Shown here: positions 40,745-50,426 of the stretch, one piece after another
Position numbering within the stretch: the first letter of the stretch is position 1
How the letters are laid out: each line of letters begins with the position of its first letter
Source of the DNA: Candidatus Woesebacteria bacterium RIFCSPHIGHO2_02_FULL_42_20
GTDB taxonomy: Bacteria > Patescibacteriota > Microgenomatia > UBA8517
DNA length: 64,000 nucleotides
NCBI GenBank assembly: GCA_001792535.1
Contig: MGGS01000018.1
Span: 3,432 to 67,431, forward strand
Reading direction: 5' to 3'
The notes under the pieces: model-generated
Told to the model about the DNA's origin: nothing
What the model saw: the letters and a program-made list of their open reading frames with translations, nothing else
Databases searched by the model: none
Program-made: the position numbers and the translations under genes

Positions 40745-42076
40745 TTACAGCTTGATATACCGAGCCCCCGTGAGTGAAGTCGCGTGTCCTGGACCAAATC
40801 TCTCTGAACTAACGAACAATCTCATTCGTATATCATCCGGGTTCTTTTGCATTTTAGTTACAATTTGATTTAAGAGACCGTCATCGCCCTGCCTATATGT
40901 AGCCAACAAAGCTTCTAATCCAGTTAAACCTTTTAAAAAAGACAGATTTGAAAAACTAACCAATGGTCTTCTCTTGGACCAGATACTAAACAATCCGTCT
41001 TCATTACCTCTAATCGATTTTCGAAGTAATCCCAGACCAGATTTAATACCTATAGATAAATGGGGGTCAGAAACTAAAGTACCATCCAAACTTTCAAGCC
41101 CCAAAAACCCGACTGTCGTGGGAGAACCGGTAACAACTCTCTGTCTCCATAAATAGTCTGCCTCCCCAGTCTTGAGGCTTGAAACAAGATTTGCCAATCT
41201 AAAACACCTTGGGAAAACACGAGCAGTCGTCAAATCCGAAGCCAGTCCAAGTACATTCCCAAACCCATTCCTACCAACCTGATCAAAATCTAGTAAATCC
41301 TCGGGCGTGAACTCGGCGTGTCTTGATTCGAGAGCCAAAAATGAACTCATTACATCGGAAATTTTATCCGGGTGACTAAGTAACCAAGCAGCTTTAGTCC
41401 CGAGGACAACAGTTAAAGCCTTTGGATCCTGACTTATCAAGTCTTCTATCAAGCCATCGTGCCCAATCATAAGTGCAAATTCGAGAACAAAATTTCTGAA
41501 GACCAATGTCTCGGCAGTCTCCCTATCAATACAAAGAGATGTGTAAAGATTTTCTTGGCCAGCAACAAAGCCCTCAACTGCTTTCATAACCAAGTCCAAA
41601 CCACTCTCACCTCTATCTGCATTCAGGCGATCTCGGATTTGTTGACCAATTGACAGATCGGCCAGTCCCTGTAAAACAATTCTTGGCGAGAGAGTATGCT
41701 GATTTCTGGCCGGATAAATGCCGCCTGCGACAAAGTCCACAACTGCAGCTGCTTGACTAAACCAAGCCATCTCCGGATGAGCTTTAATTACAAGATCTAA
41801 ACCCGGCTCGGCGCTAAACATGGGTTCTGGTTTATCATTACCAAAACCCACCATATATACCCCATCCACAATCTCAATTTCGGGAATCGCCTTTTTGCCA
41901 ACACCCAAATATGCCAGACGCCTAAATTGGCTTGATGGTAAAACCAGACCCGATCCAGCCGAAGATACACCTATAGAATGCAAATACTCCTCATCAGGGA
42001 TAATAGCATTATAGGCCGCAATATCGCCATTAACATGATCAACTATTCTTCTTGTTTCTAGTTCATTAATAGCCAT
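40745..42076 (-). CDS. Hypothetical protein
   Basis: Long ORF (about 443 aa), no recognised motif. Confidence 0.7.
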   Translation of the reverse strand: MAINELETRRIVDHVNGDIAAYNAIIPDEEYLHSIGVSSAGSGLVLPSSQFRRLAYLGVGKKAIPEIEIVDGVYMVGFGNDKPEPMFSAEPGLDLVIKAHPEMAWFSQAAAVVDFVAGGIYPARNQHTLSPRIVLQGLADLSIGQQIRDRLNADRGESGLDLVMKAVEGFVAGQENLYTSLCIDRETAETLVFRNFVLEFALMIGHDGLIEDLISQDPKALTVVLGTKAAWLLSHPDKISDVMSSFLALESRHAEFTPEDLLDFDQVGRNGFGNVLGLASDLTTARVFPRCFRLANLVSSLKTGEADYLWRQRVVTGSPTTVGFLGLESLDGTLVSDPHLSIGIKSGLGLLRKSIRGNEDGLFSIWSKRRPLVSFSNLSFLKGLTGLEALLATYRQGDDGLLNQIVTKMQKNPDDIRMRLFVSSERFGPGHATSLTGARYIKL

Positions 42077-42122
42077 GAATAATACCGATAGTGTATAATA
42101 AAGATATCTAAAAATAAAGTTC

Positions 42123-43052
42123 ATGAAAAATTCGCTTGAGCCGGTAATCTGCATGAAAAGAGATTTTGAAGCACTCCGATTCATCCTGGATAAAATCAAA
42201 ATCAAAGAACCCGCTTGTGTCTTGACTGTTAGCGGCAACGGGAAGGACATTATTTACGAAACACTGATTAAAAGATTAGAGAAACTAAAAAAAGATACGC
42301 CGCTTCTTAACATTTCAGCGACCACCGAAGAAGAACTAAATAAATTTATAGGCAAGATAAAATCTCAAACATTGCCTCTTATCTCCATTATTAATCTTTC
42401 CATCGGCAAGGACGTCTCATGGTTTTTTGATGATCTCGAAGCCCTAAGAAGAAAAAATGGAACAGCCTTCAACTATATTGTAATCACTTACTTCAAAGAT
42501 GTGGCGAATGCGTACGGACAAAAACATAAGGCTCTCATGAGGTCAATTAAAATCCTTGATAATGTCACTTTTAATGACGCGGAGAAGTTTATCAAAGACT
42601 TATCGAGAAGATTTTCCTACAAGTTAACTGCTGACGAGATCCGTAAAATTTACGGATTGAGCGATGGGCATGTCGGCCTAATCAAGTCACTTTACATGTG
42701 CGTACGAAAGGGCGAACCCTTGGATAAAAAGATTTGGGTAGAGCCATCAATCGAGTCGCGTCTACAAGCAATCCGCGAAGATAAAAAAACTTATTCTTCA
42801 AAAGAAAAAAAAGACTACGTCTTTAGCTCTAAGGAAAGAGTTGTATTCAATGTATTAGAGTTAGGTGTAGGAAAAGTTATTGAAAGAAGCGAAATAGCCG
42901 AAAGAGTTTGGGGAAACAGTTGGGAAGAAAACTATTCGGATTGGGCAATTGATCAAATAATTCACAGACTTAGGGGCAAAATCAGAAAAAATAAATTAGC
43001 CTACAAAATACTTACTAATAAAGGACTCGGGTTTACTCTACTTAAAAAGTAA
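42123..43052 (+). CDS. Degenerate ATPase-like domain plus OmpR/PhoB-type winged helix
   Basis: SGNGK, LSDGH.GLIK; C-terminal VIERSEIAE.VWG...SDWAIDQIIHRLRGK...NKGLGF. Confidence 0.75.
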   Translation: MKNSLEPVICMKRDFEALRFILDKIKIKEPACVLTVSGNGKDIIYETLIKRLEKLKKDTPLLNISATTEEELNKFIGKIKSQTLPLISIINLSIGKDVSWFFDDLEALRRKNGTAFNYIVITYFKDVANAYGQKHKALMRSIKILDNVTFNDAEKFIKDLSRRFSYKLTADEIRKIYGLSDGHVGLIKSLYMCVRKGEPLDKKIWVEPSIESRLQAIREDKKTYSSKEKKDYVFSSKERVVFNVLELGVGKVIERSEIAERVWGNSWEENYSDWAIDQIIHRLRGKIRKNKLAYKILTNKGLGFTLLKK

Positions 43053-43055
43053 CCT

Positions 43056-43073
43056 GTCAGGACACGGTCAGGA
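43056..43073 (+). promoter_or_regulatory. 11-bp-period direct repeat (pho-box-like)
   Basis: GTCAGGA-cacg-GTCAGGA upstream of TACAAT and the ATG at 43117. Confidence 0.5.
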
Positions 43074-43116
43074 TATTATCAAGCGGAAAATTTCAATCTG
43101 ACCTACAATCCCACAA

Positions 43117-43371
43117 ATGAGAAAGGGGGTGGACAAAAGGCTTTTAAGGGACATCAGAAATGCCATTTCCCAAAAAGCCCTGGACATGAAGGTCAGTACA
43201 ACCTGGTTTAAATATTTATCAAAATCAAAACACGGCTACAAGTTTCTCGTTAATAGACAAAAACAGATAACGACCTTAAGGGAAATACTTGAGTCTGTTT
43301 CTAAAAAACAACCAAATCTTTCAAAAGGCCAAATATCAGAGGCTATTTCAAAAGTAGTAAACAATTTCTAA
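43117..43371 (+). CDS. Small basic hypothetical protein
   Basis: 84-aa ORF with -10-like element upstream. Confidence 0.55.
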   Translation: MRKGVDKRLLRDIRNAISQKALDMKVSTTWFKYLSKSKHGYKFLVNRQKQITTLREILESVSKKQPNLSKGQISEAISKVVNNF

Positions 43372-43776
43372 CTACTCTTCTGCCTTAGCTTCCTCTTTAG
43401 TTTCTTCTTTGACCGCTTTTTTGGCTGCCTTTACAGGTTTTTCTGCCTTCACTTCGACTGGTTCAACGACTGGTTCAACCGGAGCTGAAACCGGGCTGGC
43501 TGCAGGTGCAACTCCAGAAACTGAACTTTCCTGTGCTCTGGCTTCGCTGACAATTATTTTTCGTCCGCCCATGTCAGAACCGTTAAATTTCTCAATTGCT
43601 GCCTTTGCGGCCTCCTCTGTCTCCATTTCGACAAAGCCAAAGCCCTTGCTTCGGCCTGTGTCTTTGAAAGAAATAACAACCGCGTCCACCACTGTTCCGG
43701 CTTCGGCAAATAACTTCCGCAATTCATCGGAAGTTACAGTGTAAGAAAGATTCCCTACATATAATTTTTTATTCAC
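43372..43776 (-). CDS. RRM RNA-binding protein
   Basis: LYVGNL (RNP2), KGFGFVEM (RNP1); AGGAGGTGA SD, GTG start. Confidence 0.95.
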   Translation of the reverse strand: MNKKLYVGNLSYTVTSDELRKLFAEAGTVVDAVVISFKDTGRSKGFGFVEMETEEAAKAAIEKFNGSDMGGRKIIVSEARAQESSVSGVAPAASPVSAPVEPVVEPVEVKAEKPVKAAKKAVKEETKEEAKAEE

Positions 43777-43850
43777 TGATTATCACCTCCTTAGGTACAA
43801 GAAAAGTCTCCTCGAAGTCTTTTTTTCACGAAGACACGAAAGAAGACGTA

Positions 43851-44432
43851 TCACTTGTCAACATTGCTAGTATAACACACCCATATATTTTCTTGCCAGA
43901 GGCAACAGTAACTGTCGCCGTCCCGGCACAAACGGGACCTGCCTTCCGTGCAAATGGTGTTTTCCTGCCACACTCCGCAGCCGCAGCTATCGGGCGACCA
44001 TTGGCCTGCAATGCATTGATAGACTTTCTCTATTTCGGCGGCGCGTCTGCGTAGTTCCTGATTTTGACCAACCAAAACAGTCATTGTTGTTACCGTTATA
44101 AGCGCAAATACAACCATGGCAGTTGCTTTAAAACCAACAGCAATCCGGGCCATACAGGTATCACAGATGATTGTTTTCTGGTATTTGGGAACAAATTGAG
44201 AGGAACGGCAAATGAGGCAATTGACCGTTTTATAGTCTTCGGTCAAAGGCTTGTTCCTTTTTCGAATCAGCGAATCAAAGGTAAGAATAATTAAAACTAT
44301 TCCGATCTGGACGGAAGCTATGCCCAAAACCATACTCCAAAAAGGGATTTGGAGAGAAAGCAAAAATGCGCCACCCAAAAAGAGAACTACAGATAGTATA
44401 AAAAGGCCGGTGTCCTCAACCAATCTTTTCAC
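43851..44432 (-). CDS. Membrane protein with CxxC pair and Cys-rich exported tail
   Basis: Two TMs, CLIC..CDTC, third TM, 8-Cys tail. Confidence 0.7.
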   Translation of the reverse strand: MKRLVEDTGLFILSVVLFLGGAFLLSLQIPFWSMVLGIASVQIGIVLIILTFDSLIRKRNKPLTEDYKTVNCLICRSSQFVPKYQKTIICDTCMARIAVGFKATAMVVFALITVTTMTVLVGQNQELRRRAAEIEKVYQCIAGQWSPDSCGCGVWQENTICTEGRSRLCRDGDSYCCLWQENIWVCYTSNVDK

Positions 44433-44490
44433 TATTATAGTTTAGCAAAAAGTCATTGAAAAAGTTTTCGGGGAATGGTTTAATGGAAAT

Positions 44491-44643
44491 ATGACGTTGA
44501 CCAAGCATGATCTAGACCAAATTGATAAACGAATAGACAAACGCTTTCAAAATCATAAAGAAGATCTACTTGAAGAGATTGACGCAAAACTTATAAACTT
44601 AAAAAGTGACATCTTTGACAGAATCGATCCAACAACTCTTTAA
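44491..44643 (+). CDS. Short coiled-coil ORF (possibly truncated)
   Basis: MTLTKHDLDQIDKRIDKRFQ...IDPTTL*, 50 aa, manual translation. Confidence 0.45.
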   Translation: MTLTKHDLDQIDKRIDKRFQNHKEDLLEEIDAKLINLKSDIFDRIDPTTL

Positions 44644-45203
44644 ATTCTTTCCGCAAAAATAAGAAGCCTTTTGTAGTCAGTTCCCACTGGCCAGCAGGTC
44701 TGAAGTATCAGCTGGTCCACCGACAAATCTTCCAAAAAAGACGCCTGGGTTGGAGACACAATCCTGGTTTCAGTCACCCTATAATCCACTTTTTCATTGT
44801 CTCTATAAATCACAACTTCATCGCCTAACTTAAGTCTTCCGAGTAAAAAAAATGCAGTATTATAACTCGTGATGTTCCATGGAACGTCCGAGCTGTGGGC
44901 AAACAAAAACGACGTCCCAGTGTCGCCCGGAAGTGCCGTTCCCTTTGCATGAGCCACACCCGTTTTAAGTTTCTCCAAATACTCCGATTTTTTCCACGGG
45001 TCGACATCGATGACTATCGGAGCATAGGCATTTATTTTTGGAATTTCAATGAAATAACCATGCCGATTAATGTCGTTAACGATATTTACTGGAAATAAAA
45101 AAAGCTTTACAAACGGAAGATAAATATACAAAAGACCAATAATTGACAGTGCCATCAGCAACATACCAAATTTTTGTACCAGTGTAGCGTTACGCTGTAA
45201 CAT
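44640..45203 (-). CDS. Sortase
   Basis: N-terminal TM, GVAH..GTALPG, FAHS, LQTCWP, KRL (His-Cys-Arg). Confidence 0.92.
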   Translation of the reverse strand: MLQRNATLVQKFGMLLMALSIIGLLYIYLPFVKLFLFPVNIVNDINRHGYFIEIPKINAYAPIVIDVDPWKKSEYLEKLKTGVAHAKGTALPGDTGTSFLFAHSSDVPWNITSYNTAFFLLGRLKLGDEVVIYRDNEKVDYRVTETRIVSPTQASFLEDLSVDQLILQTCWPVGTDYKRLLIFAERI

Positions 45204-45257
45204 ATTTAGAAATTAAAAAACCCGCTTGGAGCAGGTCTTGCGGGTTATTATGCAGCA

Positions 45258-46397
45258 TCAAAAGGAAAACTGCAAAGTCAGAGTCAGATTTGCCGGAGAT
45301 CTCCCGGACCTGAGGCGTAAATATAGTCCCATCAAAAACATTATTACGTTTGCAATTGTGGCCAATAGAAGAGCACTGCTACCCGTGGCCGGCAAAACAA
45401 GACCTCCGACTGCCGCCGCAAGTACGCTCCCGCTCAAAGAGGATCCGCCTCCCGAGGAAGATCCGCCGCCGCTTGTAGTTCCCCCTACCATTCCCCCTCT
45501 GGGGCTTTCCGGCGGGGTAGCAGGATCACCGGGGTCAAAGTCGCAGCAGTCAATGTCAACCAAGTTATGGTTAGCAAAATTACCAATAATCGCACCAATT
45601 AATATATCGCCCGTCTTAATACTTACGTCTCCGCCGTTTCGGTTGGCAACATTGTCACCCGTATTTGCGTAAATGTCTAATCTATTGACAATATCCGAAC
45701 TGTTGGTGACAGATACAATGGTATCAGTCGTAAAGTTGGCAGTAATCAAATTGGCTGATCCGGATCCGTTTCCGTTGATTAAAGCAGACAGCGACAGTCC
45801 GCCGGCAGAAAAATTTACCTTGCTTACGTTAACGGTCGTATTTAATATTTTACCGTCTACTTTGATATTACCGGTCTGGATAGTCACGTTGCCGAAATTA
45901 TTACTTGCGGCATTATTACCAGTATTCGCATTAACATTGACGGTATTTACTATATTTGCTTGCTGATTTACCGTTACGGTATTTGTGCTGCTGTTTTGAA
46001 TATTGACATTATTTATACTTCCTTCGCCATTGCCGGTTACCTTCACATCTGTTGGCTGGGCACAGCAATCTGAAGAATCTACAACGGACGAGTTAACGTC
46101 GTTAACTACAGTTACCCCAACCTGAGAGTTTCCGGTATCAACCAATACGGCTTCTCCATTGTTTGCATTCACGTTGTTCCCGCCGGTATTTGAGTTTGCA
46201 AAAACACCATTATTGACACCGGTATCATTGCTTTGTGTAATACTTGCCGTATTCGCGCTATTGACAGTCACTTCACTCGCAGAACCCGATCCGTTACCCG
46301 AAATAACCAATTCCTCGGCGTGGGCGGCCGAGGAGCTAAAGGCGATTAGTGTAGCGGGCAGTACCATCAGCAAATATTTTTGACCTAGTACTTTCAT
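45258..46397 (-). CDS. Secreted Asn-rich repeat protein with LPXTG sorting signal
   Basis: Three GNG..S.N/NTG.N/TG(N/D) repeats; LPATG, TM and basic tail RLRSGR. Confidence 0.85.
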   Translation of the reverse strand: MKVLGQKYLLMVLPATLIAFSSSAAHAEELVISGNGSGSASEVTVNSANTASITQSNDTGVNNGVFANSNTGGNNVNANNGEAVLVDTGNSQVGVTVVNDVNSSVVDSSDCCAQPTDVKVTGNGEGSINNVNIQNSSTNTVTVNQQANIVNTVNVNANTGNNAASNNFGNVTIQTGNIKVDGKILNTTVNVSKVNFSAGGLSLSALINGNGSGSANLITANFTTDTIVSVTNSSDIVNRLDIYANTGDNVANRNGGDVSIKTGDILIGAIIGNFANHNLVDIDCCDFDPGDPATPPESPRGGMVGGTTSGGGSSSGGGSSLSGSVLAAAVGGLVLPATGSSALLLATIANVIMFLMGLYLRLRSGRSPANLTLTLQFSF

Positions 46398-48556
46398 GTT
46401 TTCCAGGGAACCTGCCCACTATTAAATTTAATTGCCACTGTCCGCTTTATTCCCAGATACAGGACAAACAAGAGTATAAACGGAATAGCGAGTGCCAGAT
46501 TAATATTTAATTTGCCCGCTCTGTCGCCTGCTACCAAACTTGCTTCCGGGTTTTCCAAAACCGACGAAGTCATTCCGGAAACATTCCTGTTTTGGTACCC
46601 CCCATTATTGGTCGCAATATGTAAAACATTCTCGCCTGATGCTATTTCATAACTTACTGTCGGGGAAGATGCATTACCGCCGTTTGAACTACCGTTTTGC
46701 GTTTCGGCAACATAGCCTCCGATTTCGTTGCCAGGTGACTCGCTATTTTGGGCTACCACAGGTGTGTTTTCCTTATGCGTGCCGGGAGAAACAAAGTCGC
46801 CGGCCCAACTTCCAAAGACATTTACTACAGTTACAAATAATCTGCCACCACCGGTTATGTTGTTGTTAATAAAGTTTACGAGGTTTGCCACTATATTGGC
46901 ATCGCCTGTCGTCACCGACGAGTTTCCGCCGGTATTTCTCGAGGCAATATTATCACCCGTGTTTGCGACTAAATTAAGATTATTAACAACATTTGCAGTA
47001 TTCGTCTGATTTACTGAATTATTGACCAATTGATCCACCGTCGAATTATTATTCGACTCCGCTCCGTTACCGCTATTTGTCGCGATTATTTGGCCAGCCT
47101 CATCAACTGTAAACCGGAAATCATTGGAACCGGCATAGTTACTGCCCTCTGTCGCGCCTAAAATTTTACCTATCCAGTTGCCGGCTTCGTTCACCAAAAC
47201 TATCCACCAATCGCCGCCAACTATATTAGTATTGACAACATTTAGCACCTGAGCTGTTACCGAAGCATCGCCGGTAGTTACCGAGTTATCTCCGTTCGTG
47301 TTTCTGCTTACATCGTTGTCTCCCGTGTTGGCTATAAAGTTAAGGTTGTTTTGAATATCTGCGGTATTGTTTTGGTTAATTAAATTATTTGTCTCGGAAG
47401 ACGCATTGGCCAAGTTGGTGCTCCCCGTACCGTTTCCGGAGTTCGCCGCAACTAAACCGTTAAAGTACTCCTCCGGCATGATAATGTCGCCAACTAAATC
47501 CCCGAAAACATTTACCACTGAATAAATTACATTTCCTGCTAAGTTATTATTAGCGAGTGTCAAAACGTTAGCTACGACATTGGCATCACCAGTCGTAATC
47601 GATGAGTCCCCGCCCGTGTTTCTCGATGCAGTGTTGTCACCTGAATTGGCAGCTAAGTACAAGTTGTTTTCAATGTCAGCCGTATTAGTCTGGAAAGTCG
47701 CGTCGTTGGTCAAACTGTTTATGCCGGCGGTATTTTGAGAACTGTCTCCATTACCGGAGTTTACGGCTGAACTATTTCCAAAGTTGGCGCAGCCACTGAC
47801 ACAACCGGAGGGAAAATCCAAAACAATGTCCCCCACATGATCATCCACAATGTTAAATTCGGATACCGCAACCCCGTCTATATTGGTGTTCACCGCAGTG
47901 ACAACGGTCGCCGAAGTATTTGCATCCCCAGTAATTATAAGATTGTCGCCACCGACATTTTTGGAAGCAGAATTGTTCCCTGTATTAGTCGTCAAAACCA
48001 AGTCATTGTCGACTGCAGCAACATTGTCCTGTATTGTCTTGCTATCGTTAGTCGTACTAACATTCCCATTGTTTTCGGAATTCGATCCGTTGCCGTCATT
48101 GACCACGCTCACACCGGACCCATTGCCGCTTCCCAATATCAGGCTATTGCTATTTGCATTAGTCAAAACGGCGGCGCTATTTGTTGCGTCCCCGGTATTA
48201 ATAGTCGCCCCGGAGCCAGAATTGCCATCTTGGCCACCAGTACTGTTATCTATAACTCCGGCGCTATTAGTTAAAGGTTGACTGCTTGGAGACGGAGCGG
48301 CCGACGAAACCGGTAACGGGCTGGCCGATGGCGTTGGAGTAGCCTCATTTATCGGACTATTTGACGGCGCAGGCGTAGGTGCCGCGGGTGCGGTCGGCGC
48401 GCTCGGAGGTGTTGGCATGGGCGGAGGCGTAGGTGCCGCGGGTGCGGTCGGCGCGCTCGGAGGTGTCGGTGCACTTTGGGCATAAACCACACCGCCGTTA
48501 CCAAACAGCAAAAACACTATTAACAAGCTCGATACCAATTTTTTAATTTTTATCAT
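46394..48556 (-). CDS. Secreted Asn-rich repeat protein with Pro-rich linker and C-terminal TM anchor
   Basis: Signal peptide; repeated NSGNG..S.N...Q.N.A...N.L...ANTGDN.ASRNTGG...TGDA; TM then KR. Confidence 0.85.
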   Translation of the reverse strand: MIKIKKLVSSLLIVFLLFGNGGVVYAQSAPTPPSAPTAPAAPTPPPMPTPPSAPTAPAAPTPAPSNSPINEATPTPSASPLPVSSAAPSPSSQPLTNSAGVIDNSTGGQDGNSGSGATINTGDATNSAAVLTNANSNSLILGSGNGSGVSVVNDGNGSNSENNGNVSTTNDSKTIQDNVAAVDNDLVLTTNTGNNSASKNVGGDNLIITGDANTSATVVTAVNTNIDGVAVSEFNIVDDHVGDIVLDFPSGCVSGCANFGNSSAVNSGNGDSSQNTAGINSLTNDATFQTNTADIENNLYLAANSGDNTASRNTGGDSSITTGDANVVANVLTLANNNLAGNVIYSVVNVFGDLVGDIIMPEEYFNGLVAANSGNGTGSTNLANASSETNNLINQNNTADIQNNLNFIANTGDNDVSRNTNGDNSVTTGDASVTAQVLNVVNTNIVGGDWWIVLVNEAGNWIGKILGATEGSNYAGSNDFRFTVDEAGQIIATNSGNGAESNNNSTVDQLVNNSVNQTNTANVVNNLNLVANTGDNIASRNTGGNSSVTTGDANIVANLVNFINNNITGGGRLFVTVVNVFGSWAGDFVSPGTHKENTPVVAQNSESPGNEIGGYVAETQNGSSNGGNASSPTVSYEIASGENVLHIATNNGGYQNRNVSGMTSSVLENPEASLVAGDRAGKLNINLALAIPFILLFVLYLGIKRTVAIKFNSGQVPWKT
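48371..48466. repeat. 42-bp exact direct repeat (two copies, 54-bp period) encoding TPPSAPTAPAAPTP
   Basis: 48371-48412 equals 48425-48466. Confidence 0.9.
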
Positions 48557-48637
48557 ACTTTAAAAACCAAAATGCCAAGGTCAAGGTTTTAACCTTAAGA
48601 CTTCAATTTTTAATTTTTAATGTTCTTTTGGATTTGT

Positions 48638-48676
48638 GTTAGGTGTCTTGCCGAAGTGCGGGCAAGACCACCTAAC
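48638..48676 (-). promoter_or_regulatory. Intergenic hairpin (mRNA stabiliser or attenuator)
   Basis: GTTAGGTG-TCTTGCC / GGCAAGA-c-CACCTAAC; no U-tract on the coding strand. Confidence 0.55.
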
Positions 48677-48701
48677 TAAACCCATTTGTTTACCGTTTCG
48701 C

Positions 48702-49997
48702 TTAAGCTAAACCCAAAGCCACCAGCAATGCGTGTAAATCCAGGCTTATGCTTAAGTTCAAGCCACCCATTGGCCAGCCTGACCACTCCCATTCGGGAGC
48801 TGCTCCGTAAACGTTGCTGCCTCCGGAATTCTCGACATCAACCAGAGTTTCCGCGTTACCAGTCAAGACAGACGGGTCACCTTCCGGATCCCCGGTGTTG
48901 CGGTCAGCCCTGTTGCCACCACTTCCTGCGTAGGCGTCAAGATAGTTGCTTACACAATCCTTGTGGTGTCGACCAAATCTCCCAAAGAGCAATTCAAATC
49001 CTTGTGGACCTCTGTAGCCTCCACAGGAATTGTCTTGGAAAACAGTAGTCGTATCATCAAGATAGGCTTTGATCTCGTTTTTGGAGTTATCGCCATTACC
49101 GGCAACTTTTGCAAAGACGTCAAAAAGACATCCGCAATCGACATCGGCCCAGTTGAAGTTGACCATCGTGTCAACTTCTACTCCGGCATGAGCATCACCG
49201 GTGTCGACCAATACGTCTCCACCTGTGTTTCTATTTGCTCTGTTGTCACCGGAATTGGCATTTGCCCAAACGTCGTTTTTAACCCTAGCATCATTAGCTT
49301 GAGTCAATAAAACAGCGTGGTCGAAATCGAGCTTTATCTTGTTATCGCTATCGGCTCCGTTTTCGAGAATCTTGAGGCTAATTGACCCAGTACCACCATT
49401 ACTACTAACTAATGCAGAGTTGCTATTGGCGGCTGTCTCAATATCAACGTCAGTCGATGCTTTTCCAGTCAGAATTTCAACGTCGCCCCCAGTGTTGCGG
49501 TTGGCACGATTTTCTCCTGAAGTGGCATCAGCATTAACTTTGTTGGTTATCTTGGCATCGTTAGTCTGATAGAGATTTGTACTGCTATCGATATCTAGCT
49601 TAGCCTTGTTTTTTGAATCAGCACCATTACCCTCAATCAAAACATCCATATCAGAATTTGCCATGCAACAGTCCACAGTAGCCTCATTGCTATTGGCTAA
49701 GTTTGTTACCTTAACATCGGTTGTAGCATCCCCTGTATCAACAAGAACTGCTCCACCGGTGTTTCTACTTGCCGAGTTTCCACCAGAGCTTGCCGTAGCG
49801 TTTACATTGTTGGATATGGAAGTTTCATTAGTCTGAGTAACCGTGGTGGTTTGATCAACATCTATTTTCGCCTCGTTGTCCGAATCAGAACCATTACCAC
49901 TAATTACCAAAGTAGTTCCAGCAAAGACCGGCATAGCCGTATTAAGTAACAGGCTGACGCCAGCTGCTGCAGAAACTAATACTTTTTTGTAGTTCAT
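48702..49997 (-). CDS. Secreted Asn-rich repeat protein (four ~88-aa repeats), probable major subunit
   Basis: Signal peptide ending PVFA; GGAAAGGGGGTGA SD; four GNG.DS.N...SG.N.A.RNTG...TG.A repeats. Confidence 0.88.
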   Translation of the reverse strand: MNYKKVLVSAAAGVSLLLNTAMPVFAGTTLVISGNGSDSDNEAKIDVDQTTTVTQTNETSISNNVNATASSGGNSASRNTGGAVLVDTGDATTDVKVTNLANSNEATVDCCMANSDMDVLIEGNGADSKNKAKLDIDSSTNLYQTNDAKITNKVNADATSGENRANRNTGGDVEILTGKASTDVDIETAANSNSALVSSNGGTGSISLKILENGADSDNKIKLDFDHAVLLTQANDARVKNDVWANANSGDNRANRNTGGDVLVDTGDAHAGVEVDTMVNFNWADVDCGCLFDVFAKVAGNGDNSKNEIKAYLDDTTTVFQDNSCGGYRGPQGFELLFGRFGRHHKDCVSNYLDAYAGSGGNRADRNTGDPEGDPSVLTGNAETLVDVENSGGSNVYGAAPEWEWSGWPMGGLNLSISLDLHALLVALGLA

Positions 49998-50094
49998 TAT
50001 ATTCTTTTCACCCCCTTTCCAATTGGGACTCTTGCACTTCGTCGCCAATTTCACTAGTCCCCGTTTTCTTTCTCGAAAATAATCGAGAAATGCA

Positions 50095-50158
50095 AACGGA
50101 GGCTCCCCGATTCTATAACCTTAAAAATAAAATCGGAAAGCCTCCGTTGGCGGTCAGC
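50095..50158 (-). promoter_or_regulatory. Structured 5' leader: long hairpin overlapped by an alternative small hairpin
   Basis: Minus strand: gCTGACCGCCAACGGAGGCTTTCCGATT...AATCGGGGAGCCTCCGTTtgcattt. Confidence 0.55.
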
Positions 50159-50245
50159 TAACTTTAATTTTGTAACCTATATATATACTTTAACCAGGTT
50201 TGTTGTCAACACCCAACTTAAAGCTAGTCAGTCTTAAACTATAAC

Positions 50246-50425
50246 TTAACTTTTAAGCCGTGATTTTATACCGTTTGTTTTTTTGATATTTCTGACCGTA
50301 ATTTGAGTCACAGTATTATCCTGGACATAAATTTCCACGCTGCCGAAGCCGTTTACACTCCTTAAGGCACCTTTTAGCTCTTCAAGTAATTCAGGCGATA
50401 CTTTTTGAGTCGAATAGTCGACCAT
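50246..50425 (-). CDS. DUF2292/YezD-like small protein
   Basis: L.SV.GFGSVEIYVQDNTVTQIT matches the remembered FGSVEIxVHDGxVxQI pattern. Confidence 0.75.
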   Translation of the reverse strand: MVDYSTQKVSPELLEELKGALRSVNGFGSVEIYVQDNTVTQITVRNIKKTNGIKSRLKS

Positions 50426-50426
50426 G

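Noticed and set aside
45258-49997. Diversity-generating retroelement or DNA-level tandem array
   Set aside because: Repeats are diverged at DNA level and conserved only as protein; no reverse transcriptase or adenine-specific TR/VR pair seen.
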